Shown here: in pieces, positions 1 to 11,365 of the stretch
Layout of the letters: each line of letters starts with the position of its first letter
Numbering within the stretch: the stretch's first letter is position 1
DNA from: Fimbriosthenelais zetlandica
Lineage: Eukaryota
Assembly (NCBI GenBank): GCA_977030845.1
Contig: OZ365109.1
Coordinates: 62,496,001-62,560,000, forward strand
Length of the DNA stretch: 64,000 bases
Direction of reading: 5' to 3'
The notes under the pieces: generated by a model
Told to the model about the DNA's origin: nothing
What the model saw: the letters and a program-made list of their open reading frames with translations, nothing else
Database searches by the model: none
Program-made: the position numbers and the translations under genes

Positions 1-85
1 GCTTGTGAAGTTGTGTAAGAATAAAATTTATAAATTGTGATTCAAGTGTCTAAGGCCTTAAGGCCGTCCTCCAATGGTAAATTTA

Positions 86-1614
86 TCATTGAAACACAAG
101 CATCACCTTTGTCGCAGACGTGTCGCAAACAAAATCGCAGCAGTGGAGTCCCGGCTTAACTTCAGGGTGTCTCATGTCTAGTGTTGTTGACAAAATAAGA
201 GGAGAGGAGACGGGGTATAGGTTCTGCTGAGGGCTTCTACAGGGCTCCTTTGTGCTGGAACTTGGCAAGGTTTCTGCTCAGATTTGGCCTGTTCAGGGGT
301 AAATAAGGGCCCTTGCAAAGTATTCACTGCTTGGGTGTTAAGGAAAGCGCGTGCCTAGAAACTCAAACACTTCTAATAATGTACTCTGTTCAAGTCTGAG
401 TAAGGGAATAAGCCTCGGTAAGTCCTCTAGTAAATCCATTGCATCTGTGCCAATAATGTAATGTTACTACCTGAAGAAACCTTGGGGCACTGCATACAAA
501 CATGGCGACATAAAAAACATGGTGTCCTTGCAGGAAAAATAACAGGTATATATATGTAGGTGTAATGTTTCATCATACATCCAATAATAATGATAAAAGG
601 ATACAGGATCGTTTCCTAGACCTTGTAGGTGCTTGGCACTCGGTAAAAGGGAAGTTATTTTTAATACTACTTTGAAAACAGTCGATGCTAAAAACTATTT
701 AGGCCTACACTCGTGAATACTAAGGCCAAATTCTCCGTTTGTATACTAGTGTGCACATTCATGAACATTTTTACAGAGACATGTATGTGTCAGACAAAAA
801 TGTCAGTTATTGCATTAAATTCACTAAAATAAATGCAGCTAACTATTCAAGTCCTACTTGACAGACCTGGCTGACATACATGTATTATGGAGTTTGAGGG
901 ATCTCGCCGTTCAGTCAGAATCAGCGAAAGTATGGGAGGCAAAATAGGAGAACTTAGAAGGCACATCTTCTCTTGCTTCGTCCTGATTGATTCAATTCTT
1001 CCAGGGGACTGCTCAGATGTGAAAGAATCACATGCTCTTCCTGCCCCGACAGCATTCCTTGTAAATAAGAATTTTACTCAATGTCATACATGACGGGGCC
1101 TGTCTATAGTGGCTTGGACAGACCCTGCTGCCCTAGTCAAGGAAGTTTTATTGCTTCGCCATCTTCAGAGATATAGACAGTTAAGGATGGTAGGAAATAT
1201 GCGGTTCAGCAACATTTTTGCAACTTTGCATTCGTAAAAGGCCATGAAATTACTGAGAAAGTTAAACGTATTTTCATGATTCGATGACTTTTGAGAGCCT
1301 CGTCAAATTGCAACCCAGGTATAAACAGCCTATGTTTTTTCAGTCCCTTGCCCTAATAAACGTGCTAAATTTAAGGGTCGGGGTAATCTGCCAATCCTAA
1401 TTAACTAAAAGCATGAGGATGAGTGATATGCCTCAGTCTTGCGGGATGTCCCTTGTAATGGGGGAAACCTGCCATGTATCTTTGACCTTGTAATTGAAGG
1501 CTGTACACATCTCTGCCCTACTCCTCGATCTGAGGCCATCCTGTCAAAGATGAAATCTCGATAAACTTCCCATGAACCAAATGGCCTCGATCCTTCCACA
1601 CGCCCTGGCCCCAA
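86..1614 (-). mobile_element. Decayed DIRS/Ngaro-like tyrosine-recombinase retrotransposon remnant (gag-like, RT N-terminus, YR fragments)
   Basis: Minus-strand fragments occur in Ngaro order. 'SWEVYRDFIFDRMAS' (in ORF 1405-1614) resembles gag W..YD..FR.R.A. 'RPLNLARL' lies near 1380. 'VILSHLSSPLEELNQSGRSK' (~960-1030) resembles RT 'RLIHHLS.P...S.ND.ISK'. 'AKSEQ...SPVEALSR' (~220-290) resembles YR 'SKTDQ...CPV.AL'. There are many stops and no catalytic core is visible. Matched by eye only. Confidence 0.35.
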
Positions 1615-4600
1615 TTCCCCTGGCCCTTTTAAACCTATTTAAAGCTTAACCACTGCAAAGCTCTTCGGCTCACCAAAAATACTATATTGATTTTTTAAAC
1701 TCACTCTTTATCAAATCGGAAACAACCCCAAGGGCATCCTAAAAAATATCTTCCCAGAAGAAGATAGTAATATTTATATGTTCCCTTTAGACCTATTCCA
1801 AACAACTTTCTATGTTGATTAAGCTGGGAAAATGCACAAATGGAAATGGTATGTAAATATTTGATAAGTGCAGTCTGTGTAAATTGTCTATTATGCATTT
1901 AGACAGGAATACTGATATGAAACACAAATAGAACGCGCGGAAGAATATAGATAAGAGTAGGTGGTATAAAGAGCCAGAATACAGTGGAGGCTTGCTAATA
2001 ATTCGCCTGATTTGCGATAACAGGCTCGCCTTGTCTAGTTCCCATGCCTTCCAGGCTAACTCCACAACTTCCCATCATCCTCCACCAGGCCACCACCACT
2101 ACCACCACCCACCACCTCTACTTATACTTCTCATTATGTGATCAGGGTCCTTCTCCCCTGGTACATGACTCCTACACTACTTGTCTGTATTAATTAGGAA
2201 GTGCAAGAACCTGATCCTGCATCTTTCCTTTAGCATTCCCCATAATCCCACGAGCAATGGATCAACTCCACCTCAGCAGAGCCAAAAAGACTGCTTCGAC
2301 ATCCATGTCCCCAACAAAACTGCTCCATCCATTCTCTTCTGGCATGATCAGGAAAAATTACAAGCAGATGAGACCCTGGACTTTTTTCTCTTTTGCCTAC
2401 AGCGGAAGGTGCAAATTCTTGTCAGTATTTATAAAGTGAATGACTTGCACTGATTCTGTGGATCAGCGGTTTGCACTGATCCTGTGGATCAAGCAAGTAG
2501 AAGAGACACGTTGTGAATCAGGTGTAGAGTGATGTCGCCAATCGTTATCTTTTTAACTTGGAGCAGACACCCAGCTGAATCAAACCGAGTCACCCAGCAG
2601 CCAGCAGCCCTGCATGGCACGCAATACCTTGCGGACTTTAATCTATTCCATTTCTATTTTCGGATCACAGACCCTTTGTGAAGCTGGCAGGCAGTGTGCA
2701 GCTCACGTGGAGGACCTTTTATTAGAGCCACTGGCGATTGGAAGCATTTTTCCTTCTTGTTGAACGCGATTGAAATTCAGCACAAACTTAATGATCTCCC
2801 TACTAATGATATCATTAGCTTTCGGGGTGTCTTCCTCCAAGGGAACAGTTAGAACAACTTGATTTATTAATCACATCTCCTCTCTTGCTGCTATTCTTTG
2901 ATTAGTCACCGTGATGAGGCCCCATTTTCATTTTTCTCGATAACTCATTAGATTTTTGAGAAATTTTTGTTTCAAATATTTGGGTATTGTTCTGGATTGT
3001 ACGTGACTGCCTCTATTGGTTTCTCACTTCCTTTCCCTTCAGTGGGAGCGTTGCATAATTTGGCGATCGCTCGCGAAATCGTTTTTTTCCACATCAAACC
3101 TCCAATGATCCTATGTCAGGAAATAATGACAAGAACACGTGCAAAAAGTGAGTACATTGACTCTTGCATATCCAGGACAAAGAGTCTGAAGTTGCGACAT
3201 TGGCATATTGAATGTCACTTTGCTTCAACAATGTGAAACCAATATAGCGTGTTGGAGTATCGTATACACCAGACTACCAGGCCAATACGTCCTCACTAAA
3301 GAAATTCCAATTTGACAGAGAATCCGTCCCTTTCCCTTGTCCCTTTAGGGAGTCACGCTTCTGCTTTAGTTTACCATGAGACACGCGCTGTGTTTTGTGA
3401 GCAACTCAAAACAGCAGCATTTTTAACAGGGTTACAACCTGTCATTCTTTGGAAGTGACAATAGGGATGTTATCGATCTGGCTTCTGGAAAACTGCGGCC
3501 GATGCAGAAAGCTGTGAGTGGGAACCCAACCTTGGAAAAATGGGATTGGATAGGCAACAATAGGAAAAGGATTGGACCAGTGTTAAAATAATTGGCCTTG
3601 TGGAGTGAAAAACAACCTGAAAAGCCGGCTGCAAGGGGTATTCAATAAACACTAACCTGGCCCTGCGCTGCACAACATGGTCCAAAAAAAGTGAATGCTT
3701 GTTAAATTGTTACTGTAAAGTGTTAGGTAAATAAATAATTTATTAACACTAATACGATGGATAATAATACCATAATGATTAATATCAGACACTAAAAGGA
3801 TATCGTTAAAATATAGTCCCAAGTACAGTAATCCTTTACAATTTTCATGAGAGGGATTCATTATCTTTCAGCGATGATCGTAAAAGAAAGGTCTGGTGAC
3901 TTAATGACATAATCCATCACGGCCCTGGAAGAAAGTATGCCTAACTCAATTGTGATGTTTGCTGACTCGAGGTGCACTACATTGATGGAGTGATCCTAAA
4001 CTTTAACCATTCAAAAGGCTGCTTGTCTGTCTAAGGCATTATACTGTAGACGATGCTTGACGGTAATGCCTGCCCTTTGTTAAAGTTCATATATCTATTA
4101 TTTAAGTGCCACAATGACCAGTCCCAAGGTCCTTGGACTGGTCAGTAGGGTCCTATCTAATCTGGGACCAGACTAATGATTCACCCTGGAATTGGATTTC
4201 TGTTCCCATATTTCTGCGCTTAAACAAGAAAGAAGAAGCAATTTCCAAGCTGCAGTGTCCTGTCCTTTTATGTCTGAAGGAATATTGTGGCATCACCTAT
4301 GATCTCATGCACCAAGATACTTAAAAACTTCTCCATTCATACAATTGACCTGTTATTAACAGTTTACCTTGACTATTTACATGTATGGTCATTGGTTTTT
4401 GCTTTACAGGTGTCTGTCAATATTGGTAAATGACCAGAGGCTCGATTCAGAGGGAGTGGGGTTCTTGGGAAGCAAAGGCTTTCTGCCACAGAATATACCA
4501 GGCACGTAAAAAGTGAAATCCATCAAGTGGCCTTCAAGGCTGGATGTATGGAGTAGCTCGATAAGTCTGCAGCAGAAAGGGGCATTTGTTCTGATAATAG

Positions 4601-4716
4601 TAGAACGAGCAAAGTGAGGAAAACAAAAAGGGACACCGGAACAAAATAAGAGACAAACGTGAACAGCCTAGTCAGGTTCTCCCCCGGTCTACAGAAACAC
4701 AACAAAACCTTGGATA

Positions 4717-6450
4717 CAGTTCCTTCATTGTTTCAGCCAGAAATGGGAGCAACCTATTAGGAGTTGTTTAGTGGGATTGGTCGAAGCAAGCTGAAAAGAA
4801 GGGTAAGCAGCGTTATGGGATAAAAATGATAATATATCAAATGACGGTTCTAAACTATCTGAATCATGAATTGTCACAATCTTCAGAACTATTGTGAAGA
4901 GGACACTAGAAGCTAGACAACTAGAATATTAAACCAAGTGTCCATTCTTTGATACCTTAGGAATATTGATTACCAATAAGTATGGAGCACGATGGCTGGT
5001 CGAATGTCCTCATGTCCTAAATCACCTGCGCGACTGAATGATAAGCTAAGAAAGGAGTCCTCTTTTTACAGAAGATCTTAGGATAGAGTACTATTTCTAC
5101 CTGTCATTGCGGCCTAGACACATTGATAACCTTGCACTTCAAAGTGGGGTATCCCTTTTTCTGGCCAAGGATCATGATTACAACTCATGTCAGAGGATAC
5201 CTTGCAATTACTGGCACTTCATTAGGTGCATTCACCCAGGCCACAAGCTAGTAAATCCTGTCTAATGTCAGGTGATATTAATGATAAATTACTTGATGGT
5301 CAGGGTGGCCTTGGTGGACAAACTCAGGGACTTTGTCCAGGTAGTAAAAAAGTAACAAGTGCAAGGATAGGCCATCAGTTTTGCATTGGCGTGTTTCTTT
5401 CGTAGTGTATGTAAATTTCCTGGCCGGTGAATATTCTGCAGGCATGACCTGAAAGAACTTAGCTAAATGAGTTGGATGGTGAAATATGAGGGGGCTGAAG
5501 TGAAATGTTCTCTCTTGATGGTCATTTTTAACTGTTGATATTCCGGAGTCATCCATCAGTTTGGAAAAGCTGTAACACGCAAGGTCAGAGCATGGCTACT
5601 TCACTCTGTTAATCATTCCAAGGGTGTCTGGCAGCAAGCTGTCTGAGCCAGTTGACCCCATTGGAGTCAAGGGCACAAGGACTGACTGACCACTGCTGAC
5701 TGAAAAGAGGGAGATAGTCAGAGGCGGCAGTAACAGATACTTCACATCCAGCCATTAAACTATTGATCAGCCTAGTCAAGCAAACAAAAACAAAAGGCCC
5801 TTTTCTCTGCCTCGAATGTCTGCTACTCAGTGGAACAACGAGCCTTGCAGCGGAATCAGCATGGAGTCTAGTTATGTTTCCATTTCCACTGCCCTCCTTC
5901 CCTGCGGTAAAGGAACCATTTTCCCCCCCGAGCAAAAAGCAGCTCATTCCAGCCTGCTGCTGGACTGTGAACCCAGTCTGATTCCTGGATCCTTAGCCGC
6001 AGGCCTCAGACTCGCTCCCTGATATAGCCCCTGATTTGGCCGAGGGATGTTCCAGCTGATGGCCCCAGCTTAGTGCGTGCCCAGTGAGCAATTCCCTCAC
6101 TGATACATCCTACAGTTGTCTGAGCTGCTCACCAGTTTGCTATTTATACATGGCAGATTTATCATTGCTCCTATCATGTTCATGCGCAAGCCAGGGCTCA
6201 TTTGTCTTGGTTAGGACATGCAAAACGGACCCAAGCCAATTTGACCACTTTAATGTGTACTTTGCTCTTTTGGTGAAAACGCTGTTGTATATGTAAGTTA
6301 ACCAAGCAATCTAGCGCTGGGTTTTATGTCTTTTCCTGCATATTCATTAGGTGTTTGATGTCACCCGATGCTTGCCTTCTTCACAGGGAGAACCCAAATT
6401 TAATTGGAATTAATGTCATCCTTTTTTCATTATAATTGCCTCAAGCAAAT
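4717..6450 (+). mobile_element. Decayed Ngaro-like tyrosine-recombinase retrotransposon (gag knuckle, RT, RNase H, YR remnants)
   Basis: One frame, interrupted by stops, gives QFLHCFSQKWEQPIRSC (4717), TLGILITNKYGARWLV (~4954), SGVSLFLAKD..QRIPCNYWHF (LAKD at 5161), VDKL (~5314) and CKFPGR*IFCR (5410). These echo Ngaro C.F.H.C, SPLG.VPKK..GKWRL, G...LAK.D..AFR.IPV, LP.DKL and CKVV.PGR.FLRR. A second frame gives TDTS (5733, cf. RNase H TDAS) and RTCKTDP (~6213, cf. YR SKTDP). The YLDD region is absent. Confidence 0.5.
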
Positions 6451-8019
6451 AAGGCTGATTTATTGCTTTAATCACCCCAACTATTTTTGTCGATTCATCC
6501 CATTTGCAATGATTTGATTTGCATGGGAATGATCTTTTAGAGAGATTAGATGGTTGCAATTTGATGGTGTTGTCTCTCAGAATATTGTGGGTAGTCAGCA
6601 AAACCTATGCTTTCTAACTATGTGCCAAGTGTTTCGCATGCATTTATTCATTCCCTCTGACACGGATATTGTGAGCAGCAATCAATATTGTTATTTTGGG
6701 AAGTGACCACCAATTGCTGGTAAAACCCCAGTGTCTGAGTATTGAGCTTTAGTGGCCAATCTATGTGGCCACACACAGTTTTGCTGCCTTTTCGAGGGAT
6801 GATAGGTTTGCATTTAGTATACAGACCTTTGTTATTTCATAATACGATTCCGTACACTATGCTGTCCTCCCAGACCATGATTCCTCTTCAGTCTTACCAA
6901 TAATGATGATTGCTTTTATTAGCATAATCATTGTTGGGAAGAAGAATGCAAGTTAAGGACATAACATCTGCGGCCGATGTTCCTAACTTAGACAAAGCAT
7001 TAACCAGAATGGAAGGTAAATTGTATAATAAGAAGGATTATTTTGAGATTACAGTGGTTTTGTATTCTTTAGATGAGCAAATGCCATTGCTATCGTCACT
7101 ATTTTCCTGAAGCCACCTAACTCATCTGGCAATTACGTCTGTACTATGATTGTTACAAACAACAAAGAAAGAAGGAGCAGTCAATGAAAGCATGGTGCAG
7201 GGGTGGATAGATTCCAAGTGACAAAAACACATGCCTTTGTTTTACTATTTCAATGCCTACAAGTATAGATTTCTAGAGTAGGAGGGGAGGCTAGTCTTCT
7301 TTCTAATCGGAACGATGATTAGTGCATGTGCGCCATCATTAAAGCTGAATTAATATGCTCAGATGGTTTATAATGAATCCACGACTTGCCACATCCCAGA
7401 TTAGATGACACCTCATTGAAATTTTATTTGTTCTTTGATGGAATTCATAATGATATTTCTATCAAAGTACAGATATAATCTCACTCCTCATATAAGAGAG
7501 TACTTGATGACTGTTTCAACTGAAATGTCAATTAAAAGTACAAATTAATGACAATAATAAAAGTGGGAATACATGAACTAGCAGGACCATTAGTTCCGTC
7601 TGAGGGTACTGAAACACAGTGCTCAAAGTGTGGTCTCTTCTAAGCAGGCTTCCACTAATACCACTATAGCACAAGATGAGTCCCGAGCCAGTGCTTCTTA
7701 AAAGGTGAATCAATATTGAATGTTATCCTTGGGTTATTTAATTGGAGGTGTTTTGGGACCTCGCAAATTTCCTACTGCTTTCATGTAAAGGCCTTTGAAG
7801 GCCATTCAAGGTCTGAAGTCCCTTAATATAAGGAAGATGAAGCATGAAGTGCAATGTGAATCCGATCAAATTTACATAAGGTCTACATAATTATAGGCTA
7901 CATACATTATAATTAGAAGCAAACCCTTGGAAAAAAATCCTGTTGAGCTAGTTGCAACCATTGCACTGAAGTACATTTCTGTATGGCTGGCAAAGCTTCT
8001 TTTGGTCACTAAGCAAGCA

Positions 8020-8600
8020 TACAAAGGTTGCCTTGGACGATAATTGGGGACCGGATTCGGTCAAGGCAACGTTCAATGTAAAATCAACACATTAGCGAGC
8101 AAGGCACAGATGTGGACATTGCCAAATAAAGCAACCAACAGCAATCGGGGAAGGGCTAGAGGTTCAGAAAGTCAGGTTTCCCCTTTTCTTGCCACTGGCA
8201 CCATTTGGGACTCGGCACAGCACAGTAGATACCATTGGAGCCATGGATCCCCCATCTATTGAAGGTGACCGAGGAATTATCTGAGGCAAGCATTCCCAAT
8301 GTAAAGTCCTCCTGGTCGGGGCGCTTCTAGACTTAAGCTCAGCAGGAATTCGGTGGATGCAGGACTGAGATGGAAATGGTATAGATGGAACTCCAAATAG
8401 CAGCCATATGGAATCAATACTGGCATTTTGTGCTGAAATAAATACCGAACATTCCTCCTGACTCTCCAGCCATCCTTTCAATGAGACCAAATGTTTTTAT
8501 ATGGACGCTGGAATGATGTTGGCTGGTTCTTTGAGAAGTAGCCTAGCTACTGGGGATACAATCGATGCATGGCTAGATATTTCTGCCCATTTATAAGACT
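8020..8600 (+). mobile_element. Decayed DIRS/Ngaro-like RT-RNase H fragment
   Basis: LDDNWGPDS (8033) resembles YLDDF...GP.S. CKVL followed by frameshifted PGR (8300-8320) resembles CKVVPPGR. FYMDAG (8495) resembles RNase H LYTDASG. The order is correct but frameshifts are needed. Confidence 0.35.
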
Positions 8601-10098
8601 ATTGAAGCATCTATGATTTAGTAAATGTAATAGTCAAACTGAGAGAGAAGTGTGAATCGAATCCATCAAAATTGAGATACAGAAACTAAGAATATTTCAA
8701 AAAAATGAAATTAATTAATTTAATCCACTTATAGGGACAATCTTAATTTCCAATTTCATGTCCACGTATCTCCTACTTTAATATATTTAGCTTGTAAAAC
8801 ACTTCTATTCAATTGGATGGTTACTGGAGAGATGTATTTTGTATCCAAACGGATATATGTATTTGAAAAGTAACATGTGTAATCTCACTCAAAGTCTGGT
8901 AAATCATCTAAATCTACGTGATAGTCCTCGCTTAGAAAACACAATGTTTTCTGCTCTGCAATTGGTTCAGTTCCGAGAACAGCAGTCCAAAGGTTAACAC
9001 TGTTGTTTTCATTGTGTTTCTTGGTTTGGATCAATTAAGTGCTATCATTCGATTAGCAGCCCCAGCTCAGAGGGCCTCCTCTAATGGGCCTAACCATACT
9101 ATTGTAGAAGCTCTCCATGCATGTCCCTCGACTATAAATCTCTACGCTGGTTGGGATTCTATGCTCCTATCTTTGGTAGGAGTTGGTCTATACGCCTGTT
9201 TTAGGATAGCATTAATATATTTTGTTGTGTTACAGTACTGCAGTTCTATCAGTATCTCACAATATACCTCATGATGATATTGGTCCATATGGGACTATAG
9301 ATGCATTAATTCCAGGTTGAGGGAATGAGTGAGAAAGGTAAAATTAACAAAGTGATCTCGTGATATTCCATGGTTGTATTGTCAATTATATGTCGCAGCA
9401 TACCTCTGTCAATCAATTTGCCTTTCCATCATTCTCCAAGGTACAGTTATGGAAACATGCACCTGCATAGATGGAAAATGTATTGTAAGGACATGTATTA
9501 ATTTTGATGTAGGAGTTTTAATTAATTATGCCCTATATGGCAAGCTCAGGATTGCCTAATAATATTACATGAATATATGAATGCAACGTCACACTTAATA
9601 AGGTGAATTCTGAACAATATTAATATTGTTAGTACATATACATTTACATTATAGTTATCGATAGGCGGTGTTAATCTATCTCCTTAGATTGACCATCCTT
9701 ATCCCTGAGTTGAACTAATTAGCTCCTTCATTAAAGTCAAGCATTAGAAAAAGTCCTTAGAATGGACAATAGATGCAAATCAGAAGCTGATATCAGTGTG
9801 ATGAATCCATGGTGACCAGCTGGATTCTTCGATAGGCTCTTTACTGCATAATTAACTGGCTGATTTAATTAATTTAAAACCTTTTTGTGAGGGGTGCTCT
9901 TCCTTATCACAAACATTAAGTCCATCCCATGTTATCCCCCCATCCTAGACAGTGATAGTATCAGCCATAAATTCTTTGTATTGTATTCTATTTGGAATAC
10001 CAGTTTCGGATCTTTCCCATCGAGGAGACGGATATTCAAAAGGCGATGTTCAGGGATGGCAAACATTTGCATTTGCTACTTTGACTGGATAGTATAGG

Positions 10099-10133
10099 CA
10101 ACGAGAGTAAAATAATTTATTTTACTCTCGTTG
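10099..10133. repeat. Perfect 35-bp palindrome flanked by a 7-bp direct repeat
   Basis: CAACGAGAGTAAAATA-ATT-TATTTTACTCTCGTTG, with GTATAGG at 10092-10098 and again at 10134-10140. Confidence 0.95.
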
Positions 10134-11303
10134 GTATAGGTTAACTAAAAACCTTGGAATTATCTTCCGAATATCGACAATTATCGTAATTATGATTATC
10201 TATAGGGCCGAAGCTATATATGCCTATTCCAAATTATATTTCTGTGAACCTCTGCATAATTATTGTCTCCTAAAATCTTTTTACATCCCTGGCAACTCCA
10301 TTATAAAAACTTAGATGACCATCGTGGGAGTGCATATATTCCTTCCTATCAAATCAGATTGTGAGTAACTTAGTGCATCAGTCTCTATCTAGAAGTAATA
10401 GAATCTTGACCTGAGCTGGACCTATAGAAACGGGGAGAGCACTCACAAGGGCAGCTCGTAGCACTTACTGGCCTCACCATCTCTCCACCACCTCCCCCTC
10501 GTATAAACCTCCAACGAGTGTCTGCTATACTGACATAAGCGAGCAGTAGAGTTTAGTTGATAAGCCAAGCCATTCCCCGCAGGGACCCTGTCTCAAGAAC
10601 AGCAATGCCATGAAAAGAGTAGCTCCATCCATCCAGCCCTATGTGCCATCCCTTCCATCATGTATACTGGATCCTACGATCCTCTTTTGGTAGTAAAGGC
10701 AGAATTGGAAGTTCCTTTTTTCTCTGCAAACTCAATCAAGTGAACCATATCAATGGAGATGGTTTTCCATTGTATATATGATACAGATCTGAAAAAATAT
10801 CGGTAATAGCAGTTTTTTTCTTTCTCGAAAGAGAGAGCAAAGACATTACTTCCCTCTCCGTTGATGCGCAGTATGCCATAACCTTATTGAAAAATTGATT
10901 TTCAAGCTTAAAATGGATGATGAATTCATCATTTTGGTCTTCCCTTTCTTGTGATGCAGGGTACATGCCACCAAACATCGCCACCCAAAGGAGGACACAA
11001 ACCGAGTACATTAACTGAACAGACATGGCACGATCGAACACATTCTTAACAAAAATGAGTCTGTATTACTTGTTATTCAAATAAATATCTGCCTGCATGG
11101 ATAGCAGCTCAGCCGAGCATAAATCTGGCTATTCATTAGCTATACATCACTTCACCATTGAACCGCACTCAGAGCCGGGTCAACATAAAGGAAACAGCCC
11201 AGGTAGAGATTTCCTAGCAGTTGGATACACAGTCGATAGCCATGTTCTCAAACGGTGTTATTTATCACTCAAAGAATGAGTGATCTGTCACTTAGATCTC
11301 CCT

Positions 11304-11312
11304 CCTCTCTCT

Positions 11313-11358
<46 letters not shown>

Positions 11359-11365
11359 CTCTCTC
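11304..11365. repeat. (CT)n microsatellite
   Basis: Long CT dinucleotide run with a few interruptions. Confidence 0.97.

Noticed and set aside
3360-3600. Gag-like AFLTGLQP and primase-like DVIDLASGKLRP peptides
   Set aside because: They are short, in different frames with stops, point to incompatible families and have no supporting motifs.
6900-7120. Minus-strand LINE RT-like GFRK...AMA
   Set aside because: The expected DLSKAFD and QGS motifs could not be recovered downstream.
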